A stretch of DNA of 64,000 nucleotides from Ginglymostoma cirratum (Eukaryota): assembly GCA_024137785.1 (NCBI GenBank), contig JAHRHZ010000053.1:5675806-5739805 (forward strand). Direction: 5' to 3'. The position numbers and the translations under genes were made by a program. Positions within the stretch are counted from its first letter, which is position 1. Each line of letters begins with the position of its first letter. Of this stretch, positions 13,200-26,559 are shown one piece after another. The notes beneath the pieces are model-generated. The model made no database searches and was not told the origin of the DNA. It worked only from the letters and a program-made list of their open reading frames with translations.

Positions 13200-13459
13200 A
13201 GTAGGAATAAATACACACTTTTCAGGCTGGCATGACATTAAGAGTAGACCACAGGGATCAGTTCTGGGCCCTCAACTCTTTGAAATTTACATAAATGACT
13301 GTCATGAATGGATCAAAGGTTTGGTAGCCAAATTTATGAATGACACAAAGATAGTAAGAAAGTGAGTTGTGAAGAGGACATAAGGAGTCCACAGACTATA
13401 TAGATTGGCTAAGTGGGCTAAGATCTGGCAAATAGAGTACAAAGAGGGAATTTCGAACT

Positions 13460-14175
13460 TGTCATAGAGATGTACAGCATGGAAACAGGCAATTTGATCC
13501 AACCCATCCATGCCGACCAGATATCTCAAATTAATCTAGTCCCATTTGCCAGTTTTTGGCCCATATCCCTCCAAACCCTTCCTATTCATATACTCATCCA
13601 GATGCCTTTTAAATGTTGTAATTATACCAGCCTCCACCACTTCCTCTGGCAGCTTATTCCAAACATGTATCACCCTCTGCATGAAAACGTTGCCCCTTAG
13701 ATCCCTCTTTAATCTTTCCGCTCTCACCTTAAACCTACGCCCTCTAGTTTTTGACTCCGCCACCCTGGGGAAACGACCTTGACTAAACACTGTATTCATA
13801 CCCCACATGATTTCATAAAGCTAATGTTACCCCTCAGCCTCCGACACCAGAGAACATAGCACCAGCCTATTCAGCCTCACCCTATAGCTCAAACTCTCCA
13901 ACTCTGACTACATCCTTATAATCCTTTGTGCACTCTTTCAAATTTAACAACATCCTTCCTATAGCAAGGAGACCAGAACAGAATGCAGCATTTCAAATGT
14001 GACCTAACCAATGTCCAGTACAGCCACAACATGACCTCCCAGCTCCTGTACTCAATGCACTGACCAATAAAGGAAAGTAAACTAAATGCCTTCTTCACTT
14101 TCAAGGAATTATGAACCTGCACTCCAAGGTATGTTTGTTTGGCAACACTCCCCAGGACCTTACCATCAAGTATAT
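13460..14175 (-). mobile_element. CR1 LINE 3' fragment nested in an opposite-strand CR1
   Basis: ORFs 13916-14218 and 13536-13808 (RGRRFKVR..FMQRVIHVWNKLPEEVVEAG). Confidence 0.9.
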
Positions 14176-15374
14176 AAGCCCATTTTGGCAGAAAGGATAA
14201 AGTAATCATATTATTCATATGACAACAGGTTGCAGAACTCTAAGAAGCAGAGAATCCTGGGTGTCCTGGTAAATGAATCACAGAAAGTTAATATGCAGGT
14301 ACAGCTGGTAATCAGGAAAGCTAATAGAATGCTATGTTTCATTGCAAGGGGAACTGAATGCAAGAGTAGGGAGGTTAAGCTTCAGTTATATAGGGCATTC
14401 ATGAGACCATATCTGGAGTACTGTGTACAGTATTGGCACTGTGTTTAAAGAAGGATGCTAATGCATTGGAAGCAGTTCATAGAAGTTTTACTAGACTACT
14501 ACCTAGAATGGACCTGTTGCCTTGTAAGGAAAAGCTAGACAGCTTAGATCTATATCCTTTGAAGTTTAGAAGAGTAGCAGGTGAGTTAGTCGATACATAT
14601 ATGATTTTAACAAAACTTGACCAAATAGATGTTGAAAGGATATTTGGTTTCACACGGGAATCCAGAACTGGGGCATAGTTTTAAAATAGGGGTCACCCAC
14701 TTAAAATAGAGATGAAGAAACATTTCTTTTTCTCAGAGAGCTGTAAATCTTTGGAATTCTTTCCCTTTTTGGGTGCTCTGCAGCATTAAAAAAGCAAATT
14801 TCCAGTGGATTATAAATGCCTTCCTTACAAAATATAAAATGGCTTTTCTGCTTTACCTGCTGCAAATTTGAAAGCAAGCTACGGTCAAGTTCCAAAATCA
14901 GTCAGAAGATTTCGGAATTGTTTTCCTGCAGGATAAGGACCGAATCCTGTACCTTTCACCAAAAGAATGCCCAGTGCTGTGGAAATAAAGCGATGCAGAA
15001 AAAAATGCTCATGAATCTGTGGAATTCACCCAAGTAGACTGTGGTTGATGCTGGGACATTGAGTAAATTTGAGAGGAGATAGACAGAATGTTCATTGGTA
15101 ATGGGTTGAAGGGTTATCGAGAGCCGGTAGGAGAGTGGAGTTGAGGCCAAGATGAGATCAGCCATGATTGTAGTTAATGGTAGAGTAGACTTGAGGGACT
15201 GAATTACTTACTCCTGCTCCTAGTTCCTATGTTTTTATGAAAGCAAATTTAAACTCGTCTCACCTTATGTGAAACCCCAACAGGGTTCACCTGGGGAATT
15301 CAAAAATAAATTAGGATTTCAGAGTTAGGAAATGTATATTTATATTAGCTCTATAAAAATCCAGGTTTTATGGA

Positions 15375-16078
15375 GTCATAGTCATAAAGTTATACAGCAC
15401 AGAAACAAGCCCTTCAGTCCATCTCGTCTGCGCTGACCAGATATCCTAAACTGATCTAGGCCCATTTGCCAGCATTTGGCCCGTATCCCTTTGAACCCTT
15501 CCCATTCCTGTACCCATCTAGATGTGTTTTAAATGTTGTAATTGTAACTGCCTCCATCATTTCATCTGGCAGCTTGTTCCATACATGCACAACTTTCTGT
15601 GTGAAAAAGTTGCCCCTCAGGTCCCTTTTAAATCTTTCCCATCCCACCTTAAACCTATGCCCTCTAGTTTTGCACTCCACTACTCTAGGGAAAAGACCAT
15701 GTCTATTTACCCTATCCATGCAGTTCATGATTGTATAAACCTCTATAAGGTCACCCCTCAAGCTCCGACACTCCAGGGAAAATAACCTCAGCCTATTCAG
15801 CCTCTCCTTATCGCACAAACCCTTCCAATCCTGGAAGCATCCTTGTTATTCTTTCCTGAACCCTTTCAAGTTTAACAATATCTTTATTACAACAAGGAGA
15901 CCAGGACTGAACTCAGTATCCCAAAAGTGACCTCACCAATGTCCTGTACAGCTGCAAAATGACATTCCAACTCCTGTACACTATATACTGACTAATGAAA
16001 GTAAGCTTACCAAACGCCTTCTTCACCACCCTGTTTACCTGTGACTCCCCTTTCAAGGAACTATGAACCTGCACTTCA
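15375..16078 (-). mobile_element. CR1 LINE 3' fragment
   Basis: ORF 15456-15818: ERLNRLRLFSLE..LRGDLIEVY..TRGHRFKV..FFTQKVVHVWNKLP. Confidence 0.92.
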
Positions 16079-18797
16079 CATCACTCACTTCACTTTAATT
16101 TCACTCTTGAAGAAATTACTGTGGGACCGATAGTCATCACACAAAATAACGCTGCATGGTTTTCAGAAAAAGTCACTGTCTCTTCAAGTGTGTTCAAGCA
16201 CCTTGAAATTATTTCCAAATGGTGCTAATTGGTTCACAAATGCTTATGCCTCAGGCAAAGCGACGTGAAAATGGAAGATCCAATATCAAGAGTATAAACT
16301 CAATCATTTGCATGATGTTAAAGTGGAATAATATTGAATAAGGATATGGGAACCTCCCATACTTGAAAATGGTTGGCTGTGAAAGACTTTGCTCTTTCAT
16401 GACAACTTGAAAAACACCATATGTGATATTTTCTTTGTCTTTGATTTAACAAACTCTTTTTATCTCATGTTGATTGCACTTGCTATATTCTGGCACAGAT
16501 CAAATCAAAATGAACACCGTAGTCTGATCCTACGCTACATCAATATTGGCAGTAACTCATTCATCTGTGGGGTGAAGCTTTTTAGCAAGATAACCTTTCA
16601 CAGCAATTTATTATCTTACATAGCCGACAAAATGCCACCGAATATTGATCCTGACAGCAGGCAAAGCACTCTTGCTTGGAGGCCCTTTCCTGAGTCAGTA
16701 AATAAGTTTCAAAAGAATAATCCTTGGACAACAGGGCTGCAATGCCAAACATAAAGTATTGAAGAATGCCTCAGGACACACCAGTGACAGTTGATAAAGT
16801 TCTGCATTCTTTGCTCTTTGCCATTATTACCCTGAAATCCACCCCTTTTTTGATTTCTAATGTTATTTTATTCTTTTCTTTCTGAAGTATCTCAATACAG
16901 AAAACACACATCATGGAAAGTTTAATAAAGTTTAATAGATGCTCCTTCTCTCTCCTTATGAAATACAAATGATTTATTTTACTTAATGAAGGTAACTACG
17001 TTAAAAAGGCTTGACATTCTCCGTGAAAAAGTTTAAGGATAGTTAGCAAGTTGTTCAAATGTTGCAAAGCCATTCACCTATTTTTGTGCTGTGAAACTCA
17101 ATGACTCTACAACCTTAATGAATACCTGAAAAAACCAGAGCTATGCGAAAGCAGGATCCTGACATTTAGATGACTTTGAGGAGCAGGAGAGAAAGCAGTC
17201 TGAAGACATCATTGCCACGGTTGGCAAGAAACGTTGCAAACAAATTGCAGCTGACATTTGAAATAGATAACTTGAATGCAATTCTCTTCCAGCGATCCCT
17301 TCCAGAGATGCAACATCAGGTTAAATTTATGTAAATCTTTGCCTTTCTTTCAGCTCTGTGGGAGAGGCGGGGAACAGAATGGCAAGTCGCAATTCGTCAC
17401 AGCTGAGGCCTGTGTTTTTTTACAATCAGCACCTGTGGACTCCTGTACTCCACAGATGTTTCAGTAGCAGAGATTGCTGAAGGCAAAGGCTAATGTTACA
17501 TGAACTTTGAACCAGTCTGAAAACATCATAACGCTGATATGCATTTGGTGACTAAAGTGTAAGTATTCTGATTGTGTGGCATGCTAATGAGACAAGAAGG
17601 AGGTGATTCAGTTTCACGTGATCTTGTTCTCTCTTGCAGCCCTAAGGCAGGGTGAAGGCACGCCAAGATAGTTCTTAAATCAACTTACTGAGAAAAGTCT
17701 TAAAGGGGCCTGAATGAAGTGGGCTTTGGGAGGAAATGTGGCATAGTCAAGTGACAAGTCAGCCAAGGGCCTTTCCAATGTTGGGATCATCTTGCTGCAT
17801 CTTTTAACTAAGTTTCAGAGGTCAAGGTGAGATTCTCACAAGGTGGTATGAGTCACCCATTAAAGGGGATTGTTGCTTATCAGCTGCCAATCTCGCCTCA
17901 TTAATATGTAGCTTTCTATCATACCACCAATTAAGCAAGCTAGAGGCTGACAGTTCTCAACATGGAAGTCAGAGTGGGTAGCTAGTGACTTCGTCTCACC
18001 ACTAAGAAGAGCCTCCATGTAACTACATTCATTGGCACAAGCCTCACACACCAGTTATCAATGAACAATGGCATCTGATAATGTCCAACTCCTCAGGTTC
18101 TTCATGAAACCTCTCTGAATCCACTTGCAGGACTCTGGAAGTTGACACCCATTTCACTGGTAAGTAACACCAATAGGCTGCTGCAAGGACATTTTGTTTG
18201 CAGGGCCAGGCACCCAGCTCATGGACCAGACTAAATCTCACAGCTGCTCGCTTGCTCTCTTAGTGCAATTCACTTCGCATCTGCCTACATGCTCGCGTCA
18301 GCAATGCCTCACCTTGCTTTGGCTTTTTAGGCAGGACACAAGCCCCTCAGAACTGGTATATTGGTGTGTTCTGTTGTCTAGTCACACAGGCAGACTACTT
18401 GCGATGTTGGTTGATAAGGATCTATCCAGGAGATGGTAACATCTTGCTGTACAGCACGATGAGATATCAATCTGAAACCTACAACATGCGCAGGCTGATT
18501 GCATGGCAATCACTCTGCATGTTTATCCAACCAAATGGCAAGAATATGGGGGCTCTTCCTCAACCAGTCAAGGGGATCTGCTACTAGTCCTGGTGCCATC
18601 AATCACAGGTACAGTCGGCACTCAGCCCAGCGTCTTGGCCACGGTCAGTCATCAGCCAAGCAAGTCACAGGCTGGGTGTATGTCTGACTGCTGTCCAGGG
18701 AGTGGGCAACAGTCCATCCTGCAGGGCCATCCCAAGCAGTTAGGGGAACCAGTCAGGAAACTGCAAAAAAGGCTGTCAGAGATCTGCTCCATTATAT

Positions 18798-19120
18798 GGG
18801 ATGGCACAGTGGCAGAGTGGCTAACACTGCTACCTCACAGTGCTAGGGACCTGGGTTCGATTCCACCTTCGGGCAACTGTCTATGTGGAGTTTGCACATT
18901 CTTCCCGTGTCTGCATGGGTCCCCTCTGGGTGCTGTGGTTTCCTCCCACAGTCCAAAGATGCGCAGGCTAGGTGGATTGGCCATGCTAAATTACCTGTAG
19001 TGTTCAGGGATGTGTAGATTAGTTGGGTTATAGGGGAATGGGTCTAGATGAGATGCTCTGAGGGTCGGTGTGGACTTGTTGGACCAAAGGGCATGTTCCC
19101 ACACTGTAGGGATTTTGTGA
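18798..19120 (+). mobile_element. HE1/V-SINE-type tRNA-derived SINE, full length
   Basis: A box (tggcagagtgg) and B box (ggttcgattcc), core tgtggagtttgcacattct...tcccacagtccaaagatg, tail acactgtagggatt. Confidence 0.9.
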
Positions 19121-20008
19121 TACAACTGAAAAATGTCCAGACAATGCCCAAGGTGGGCAGATTCAGTGACACTTTGATAGATAAAAGCACAGGCTCCACA
19201 TCTACTGATGCTTGAACATTAAAGGGACAAATACATGAAGCACAGACTTGCAAAATTCAGCTACATTTAATTTACTATCATTATATTGTCCAAAAAATGA
19301 TGGATGCAAAGGGAACGTGTTTAGAGGCAAATGCAGTAAAAGGCAATTTGCACCATTCCGTTGATACTTGCAAACTGAACTTTGGCATCTCAATGATGCA
19401 GAAGTTATTGGCAATAACTTAAATAGAAGTAGATACTGTCCAAAAGTGATGCATAATTTATGAAGCTTGCATGGGAGCTCGGGGAGGTGGAATTGATTGG
19501 TCATGCAGGTATCACAATAGACTCTACAGAATGCAATGATAGGTTTGATGGTTGATGTAGATTTGGGACAGGAAATATTTGGAGTTCAGCGAGCATGACT
19601 GTTTGTTGTCATATAATTCTCATGCAGCTGGAACAGCAAGCTGGTACAAATGCGGAGAGTTAAGCTGAATGAATGATGGAGAGATGGCCCTTGTTATTAG
19701 GTGCAGTATGTCTCACTGTCTGGAGAAGTGTGTGCAACTCTCATCTGCAGGGTATCCCACCAGTAACTGTTCTCAGAGTTAAGAACTTGTTTTGTTCCTT
19801 ATGTTCCCAACACTGGTCATTACTAGCAAGAGTGATGTATCCAGCCACTGGTGGGATGTTTGTCGCTGTCGCTGCTTTTCTAAGGAATGTGCATGTGTTG
19901 TAGGAGGATCAGGGCTGATAAGAAACTCAAGCTACCAATAAGCTGCTCTGGAGTCGAACGTGTCCCCAATTCACTCAAAGGTCTCAGCTTCAGGTTTTCA
20001 CGAGGATA

Positions 20009-20200
20009 CTGAAAACAACGAATGTTGGAGATCACACTGCGTCAGATAGCATTCACGGAGAGAGAGCAAGCTCTCTGATGAAGTGTCACTTGGGTTTGAA
20101 ATGTTAGTTTGCTCTCTCTCTGAGGATGCTATCTGACTCGCTGTGATGTCCGGTTTTAGTTGTTTTCAGTACAAATTTCAGCATCTGCAGTAATTTGCTC
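20009..20200 (+). mobile_element. Fold-back hammerhead-bearing element, 13-bp TSD, inserted at the 5' side of a Harbinger remnant
   Basis: TSD tttcacgaggata at 19996-20008 and 20201-20213. CTGATGA at 20075-20081, GAAA at 20098-20101. Confidence 0.85.
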
Positions 20201-20249
20201 TTTCACGAGGATATGTTGAGGCCATAGGAGGGCCAGGTGTTCTCATATG

Positions 20250-21160
20250 TGACTGTTTCCTAGGGATGAGTGAGACTTACTTTTAACAGAGTCTCTGTAT
20301 GCCTGGACATTGTGACGGTTCTATTCCAGCTGTTTTAGTGGGTCCTGAAGGCAGGAGTGAAAGGCCATTGTCTTCTGAACACTCAATGCGAGTGACTCCT
20401 TCCAGGGACTGATAGGAGACCTATGTGGGATCTCTCAGTTGTACTTCCAGAAATACATCGGGAGAGTGACTAATGCCATCTGTGCAAGATCACAGCAGTT
20501 CATTTTGTTTTCCCGCGATGAGGTCAGTGCTGCAGTTGGAAACGTAGCTGATTTCTCCCAGGTACAGGGTGTCATCAACTGTACACACATGGCACTGAGA
20601 GGGCCATATCACAACATGACAAAGTTCAGCAACTGGAAGGGGATTCCATTTCATTAATGTCCAGGTGAACTGTGATCGCTATCCTGGACAGCTGCATGAT
20701 CCCTACATTCTGGGTCACCCTCTGGTACATTTGAGGGCCCAGGCCTTACAACGCTAATTACTGAGGGGCAAGGGCCTCCCAATGTGACCAGGGCTGATAA
20801 TAACATTGTGCAACCCCTGGATGGTGTAGGCCACAGGGTCACTGCTGCTCATGCTTTGGCTAAGGCCATGGCTGGTGCAGATAATAGGGCTGATGAAGAT
20901 ATGGTTCACTGGTTTGCAGGAAGACGTCCCTTCAGTAATGTCTGGACAGGGTGCGCTCCATAAACCTGGCCTGTTATGCTCTGTACAATTGGAGCAGATG
21001 ACATGGCAATATTAAAGATGTGGAGAAACTGGGAACAGTTTTCTGAGCAGGAGGAGGAAGTGGATGAGGGGCATTGAGGAAAATCTTCCTGTGGAAGACA
21101 GAGCTCCACTGTTTCGGGTGCTACAAGCCAGTCAGGACCTGATTGACACCCAGTTCCAGT
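20250..21160 (+). pseudogene. Decayed PIF/Harbinger (HARBI1-like) DDE transposase
   Basis: Frameshifted reading: ASDSFQGLIGDLCGISQ..RVTNAI..FILF..VQGVINCTHMALRGP..FSNWKG / FHFINVQVNCD / YPGQLHDPYIL .. VQIIGLMKIWF .. LACYALYNW, then an acidic tail. This follows the Harbinger transposase motif order. Confidence 0.85.
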
Positions 21161-22709
21161 AAATGACAGCCTGGTACAGCGGACAGTCTATAAAATAATC
21201 GTTGGTCATGATGGCAGCATATTGTTTTCATTGTGCTGATGGACTGCAGTTTCTATCCATTTTGTTTGCTTTTACTTTTGCTGACCTTAAATAACAGGTC
21301 CTGCTTGCAATTGTCAGAATTGTCCAATTGCTTGCCTGTCTGTGAAATTCCCGAAATGGACAATGGCAAATTGTGGGCCTGCATCAGGGACAGAGACAGT
21401 GTCTAGACAGAAAGTAACTAAAAACAGATAAACTGTGTGGTCCAGTGCTTAAACAGTGACCAAGGTTGTCTTTGTGAGTGTCACTTAAATCAGCTATAAT
21501 CCACGAACAGTGTGACTATGTGACTGCTGTGCCATGACAATGTCAGTGAAGGGCAAAGTAAGATTACCAGTGCTTGTCGGGGAGTACAGCAGTGTTTAAA
21601 GATGCCACTTGTGCCGGGGATGTTGGCCTTTCAGGTGAGATCCTGTGAGGAATGGCAAGTGATCGAATAGAGCTGGAATTAGGTGAGAGAGCTGGCCTGG
21701 GTAGTTAATGAAGCGAGTTTGGTAAGATGCAGTGAGGAAATTTGTTGGGCCTTGTGCTGAGAAACCCTAGTCAACAAATCCTACTTAGCCAAAAGCACAT
21801 AAGGTTTAGCTCAACATTTTCCTTACCTCAGCAAATTTCTTTAGCAGTATGATGAGCTCAAGAATATGACAGTGTCACGCTTTCTCTTGCTGAGTATGTT
21901 ACTAACTCCCTAAAGCATTTTTATTGAATGAATTTATTGCTTCAAAATATATAGTTAAAGGAAAGTACACTGGGTTAGGAGATAGTTACATGTGAAATCT
22001 ATTTATTTTGTGTCCATTCTTCCTTGAAAATGTCTTTTAAATTCAGCCGAAATTAGAAATGACTCTCCTTTTTTCTGCTGGATACAGAGCTCAGGCAGCC
22101 TAATTCTATTTCTAGTGGGCTTCAGATTACAGTACGTATGCTTTCTTACCTCATTGTCCGTTAGAAATTTCACTCAGAATGTCGTATACATTCTGTAATA
22201 TACATACGGTATGAATGTACACATTCCAACTAATTTGATCAGAATATTGAGCGCAGCCCCATTGTATCAAATCATGATCATATGGCATCTCGTCATTTTG
22301 CAACAGCATGCAGTGCAAGAGAGGAAAACATCAAGTTCAAACATAAGAATTAAATTCAAGCATTAAGTTGTAAATAAGAATGATATGCATTTTGCATATA
22401 TTTCCACATATGATTCAGGTATCAGCGATATCATATCTAGTTAAAAAGGACATCGTAAGTGGAAAGCATTCTCTGTGAATGTGAAAATGGTATACTATCC
22501 CTCTAGTGGTTGACTTGACATTTCTTCCACCTTCCTAACAGTTGACTATATTAACCTTTCAATGCTTTGCTTCCAAAAGTTTGATACAGATATAAAGTTG
22601 TCACCATTTATAGTGGATGCAGTAATATAAATATAATTTCTTCACTGTATGAGTTGAATGATTTTGGTTAGCATTTTTTCTATTGAACATAATTGTAACA
22701 AATCATCCT

Positions 22710-22790
22710 GCAGGTCTTGCAGCGCGATGTTCGCGCCTCTACCTCTGAACTAGAAGGGGTGAATGCAATTCCCGTACACTCCAGACATAT
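22710..22790 (+). mobile_element. Degenerate tRNA-derived SINE head of a second family (related minus copy about 23350-23398)
   Basis: ggtcttgcagcgcgatgttcgcgcctctacctctgaactagaagg...tgcaattccc has A/B-box-like spacing. Confidence 0.45.
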
Positions 22791-23227
22791 CAAATATGAA
22801 AAGGGTTGTTTAAAATTATTAACAACAAGTCGCTGTTGAAGTTGAATCCCACACTACTTAAAGAGTATCCGGTCCAAAAGGTAATTGACCTTAACATGGT
22901 GCTATTTACCTAATGAGCATGCTTGTTACTGCAAGTCACCTTGTGACCTTGCATGAGAGATGTGATGGAGCATACAAGTGAATTGCCCCTGAATAAGATA
23001 CAAACAATTAAATGAACACATGTTTCTGTCAGCAATATATGTTTAGTATGGTGCAAAGACGCTTTTATAATGGAAATAGACAATGGTCACTTTGTTTTGG
23101 TTGAGTTAAATATCCACATATAGCTGTATAAACGTGGGAACTCTATTTTTCAATGATATAAGTAGTGACAGCTATGCAATATGGTGATATTATTTAGATA
23201 TTTTTAATTGACTTGTTTTCAGAAGTT

Positions 23228-23320
23228 GTCAGAAGTCACACAATACCCCAGTTACAGTCCAACAGGTTTATTTGAAATCTCAAGCTTTCACAGCGCTACT
23301 CCTTCATCAGGTGAAGTGAC
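23228..23320 (-). mobile_element. Short PLE-type terminal repeat with hammerhead motif (cacctgatgaaggag family)
   Basis: The minus strand reads cacCTGATGAaggagtagcgctgtGAAAgcttgagatttcaaataaacctgttggac. Confidence 0.75.
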
Positions 23321-23814
23321 ACCTATGAAGTTGTGACACATCTTTGAAGCAGGTGAGATTTGAACCCAGATCTCTAGCTCAGGAGCACTACCACTGTTCT
23401 GCAAATGAGTAATTTGGTTAATTGGAATTCTGTGTTGTAGGAAGCACTAGGAATTAAGGATATTTTTTTCCTTCACTTCCTTTTACCACTTCCCTTATGC
23501 TTGTATACTTTGCTGAAACTAGCAACTTGGGAAAATAGGTTTCTGGAGCATCCAGTACTGTGAATAGAATTAGATTTGATGCACTGAAGCTCTGTACAAT
23601 TGACCTGCAGTAAGAAGCATGCTCAATAGGTAAATAGCACCATTGGAAAATAGAAGCTAAATACTGCACATACTGAAAATCTGAAATAAAAATTTTTAAA
23701 AAATGGAAAATTCAGCAGGTCAGGTGGCTCCCATGAAGAGAACAATCAGGATGAAACAAATAAAGATACTGAAATATGATCAATCGAAGATGTTAAATTG
23801 TCATATTGTACAAA

Positions 23815-24825
23815 AATGGAAAATAGGAGCAGGAGTAGGCCATTCAGCCCTTTGAGCCTATTCCACCATTCCGGATTATCATGGCTGATCGTCTAATTCA
23901 GTATCCTGCTCCTGTTTTCTTCCCATACCCTTTGATGCCTTTAGCTTAAAGAACTATATTTAACTCCTTCTTGAAAATATTAAATATTTTGGCCACACCC
24001 ACTTTGTGATGTTGGTAAGTCCACAGGTCTACCACTTTCTGGATGAAGAAATTTCTCCTCATCTCAGTCCTACTTGGTATATCCCTAATCCCTATCTTCT
24101 GAAAACTTGTTCTTGGCTCCACAGTTATTGGGAGCATCCATTTTGAATTTATCCTGAGTAGTCCTTTTCAAATTTTATAGGTTTGTATGAGATCCCCCCT
24201 CACTCTACTAAACTCCAGTGGACATAGTCCTAACCAGTCCAGTCTCTCTTTCCATGTCAGTCCTGCTAAGCCAGTCTGGTGAACTTTTGTTGCACTCTCT
24301 CCACAGCCAGAACATGCTTGCTTGGAGAACATGACCGAACCAACACACAATTCTCCAGATGTGGTCTCACCAAGGCCCTGTACAACAGCAGCAGACATTT
24401 GTGCTTCTGTACAGGAGATATCATAGAACTCTTAGAATCCTTACAGTGTGGAAGTAGGCCATTCGGCCCATTGAGTCGACACCAAACACCTGAAGAGAAT
24501 CCCACCCAGACACACCCCCTACCCTTATCTTTGCATTTCCTGCACTAGACACTATGGGCAATTTAGCATGGCCAATCCACCTAACCTGTACATCTTCTCG
24601 CTATGAAAATCAAATCCCATTTGCATTCTTCACTGCCTGCTGCACTTACATGCTTACATTGAGCAAAAAGTGTACAATGACATCCAGGGCTCATTGCACT
24701 TTTCCTTTTCCCAAACAATCACCATTCAGATAGTAAACTGCTTTCCTGGTTTTGCTACCAAAGTGGATAACTTCACATTTATCAACATTGTACTGAATTT
24801 CATTTACCATGCATTTGACAACAAT
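23815..24825 (-). mobile_element. CR1 LINE 3' fragment with a partial SINE at about 24421-24597
   Basis: ORF pieces YNVDKCEVIHFG, LYRALVRPHLENC, RGDLIQTYKI, TEMRRNFFIQKVVDLW. Confidence 0.88.
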
Positions 24826-24829
24826 TGCT

Positions 24830-25152
24830 GCGGCACGGTGGGTCAGTGGTTTTAGCTCTGCTGCTTTACAGCACCAGGAATCTGAGTTCGATTCCACCTT
24901 CAGGCGACCGTCTGTATGGAGTTTCCATGTTCTCCCGTGTCTTTGTGGGTTTCCTCAGGGTGCTCCATTTTCCTCCCAAAATCCAAAGATGTGCACGCTA
25001 GGTGGGTTGGTCATGCTAAATTACCCATAGTGTTCAGGGATGTGTAGGTTAGGTGGGTTGTAGGGGGATGGGTCTGGGTGAGATGCGTTGAGGGTCGGTG
25101 TGGACTTGTTGGGCCGAAGGGCCTGTTTCCACACTGTAGGGATTCTATTCTA
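24830..25152 (+). mobile_element. HE1/V-SINE-type SINE, full length
   Basis: cggcacggtgggtcagtgg...gagttcgattcc...acactgtagggattctattc. Confidence 0.9.
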
Positions 25153-25259
25153 AAACATGGATATACTGGAAATACTCAGTGGGTAAGACAGAATCTGTGG
25201 AGAGAGAAATAGTTCATGTGTCATGGTTGTTAGCATTTTAATTTAAGATTATTTAGCAC

Positions 25260-26500
25260 TCTGAACCTGATGAAACAAAGGCACTGCACTATTAACCAAA
25301 GCTTTGACACAGAGATAGAGAAGGACATTTTATGTCAGATGACCAAAAACCTTTTCAAAAATGTAGATCTTAAGAACTAACTTCAAGGAGTTAAGTAAGG
25401 AAAATACAAGGGGACATGTAATGATGGAGCCTGGAACACTGAAGGAATGGCTGTCAATGATGGGGCAATTATGATTGGGAATGCATACGAGTCCAGAATT
25501 AAAGAAGTACAAATATCTTGGAGGATTGTGGAATTGAAGTGGGGTAGGTGAGTGGAAATGGCACGGTCATGGAGGGTTTTGAAAACAAGGATGCAAGTGT
25601 TCAATTAAGGCGATACTTGACTAGGAGCCAGAAGTATGCCAGTGAGCAAAGGAATGGTAAGGGAAATGGGACTCGCTGTGAGCAAAGACACAGGTTTCAG
25701 AGTTTTGAGTGACCTCAAATCTACAGATGGTAGAATTTGGAAAAACAGCCAAAACTGCATTGAAATAGTTACATCTAACAATTGCACTGACAAGTTTCTT
25801 AGCAACAGATGAGCTCACACAGTTGGAAGCTGAGTGACAATACAGAAGTGGAAAATGACAGCCTGAGAGATGGCAAAAATCTGAGGTCTGAAACTATTTT
25901 AGGATCAAATGTTGTAAAGCAGACTGACGTCATATGACTTTTTCCAGGGAGAGGGACAGAGTTGATAGCTTGGGAATGGAGCTTGAGGTGAGGTTAGCAA
26001 CCAATTGCTTCCATTTTAACACTATTCAACTGGGGTAAGTTGCTGTCTTCAAGTATTGGATGTCCGATAAGCCGTCTAATAACTGAGCAAGAATGGAGGA
26101 TTGAAGAGAGATGGTGGTGACCTAGAGCTGGGTGTCATCAACATACATGCAAAAACTAATATTTTGCTTTCAGATTGTGTTGAAAAAGGCAGCATGTCGA
26201 TGAAAAATAGGAGGGGGGCCAAGAATTGATCCCTGGCAAAGGGGTCATCAGAAGTAATGGTATGGAAGCAGGAAAATATGTCATATCCAGTGATTTTCCA
26301 GCTACAGTTAGATAGGAAAGAATGGATCCGAGTGAGAATATTTCCACTTGACTGGATGGTGATAGAGCAGTGTTGTATGAGGATGATATGGTCAATTCTG
26401 TCAAATGCTGCAGACAGATTGAGTAAGGGAAGAAAGTTTTGCGTTTGTCATAATCACACAGGATGTAATTTATTACATTGAAAAGTGCTGTCTTGGCATT
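25260..26500 (-). mobile_element. L2-clade LINE RT/3' fragment
   Basis: The minus strand encodes GSILGPLLFF, MYVDDTQL and VRCNYFNAVLAVFP..TQNS, matching the L2-type SRLDYxNALLAGLP..QN motif. Confidence 0.8.
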
Positions 26501-26559
26501 GAGGCAGGTCCAGAGCCATTCATTCTCACATGCTGAGTGCTTCCAGCATTTTAAGTGCT

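Larger units (their letters stand above)
12740..14770 (+). mobile_element. CR1 LINE RT region, host to nested insertions at 13079-13199 and about 13460-14175
   Basis: [11 protein letters not shown]-like DNA near 13250, KFMNDTK, and ORFs 14230-14448 and 14433-14678 (KANRMLCFIARG..YRAFMRPYLEYCVQYW). A further CR1 tail lies at about 15010-15240. Confidence 0.85.

Noticed and set aside
16389-16754. 121-aa ORF in unique DNA
   Set aside because: TTG start, no recognisable motifs, and no convincing splice pair.
18798-18870. tRNA gene
   Set aside because: The A and B boxes belong to a SINE head that continues into the SINE core and tail.
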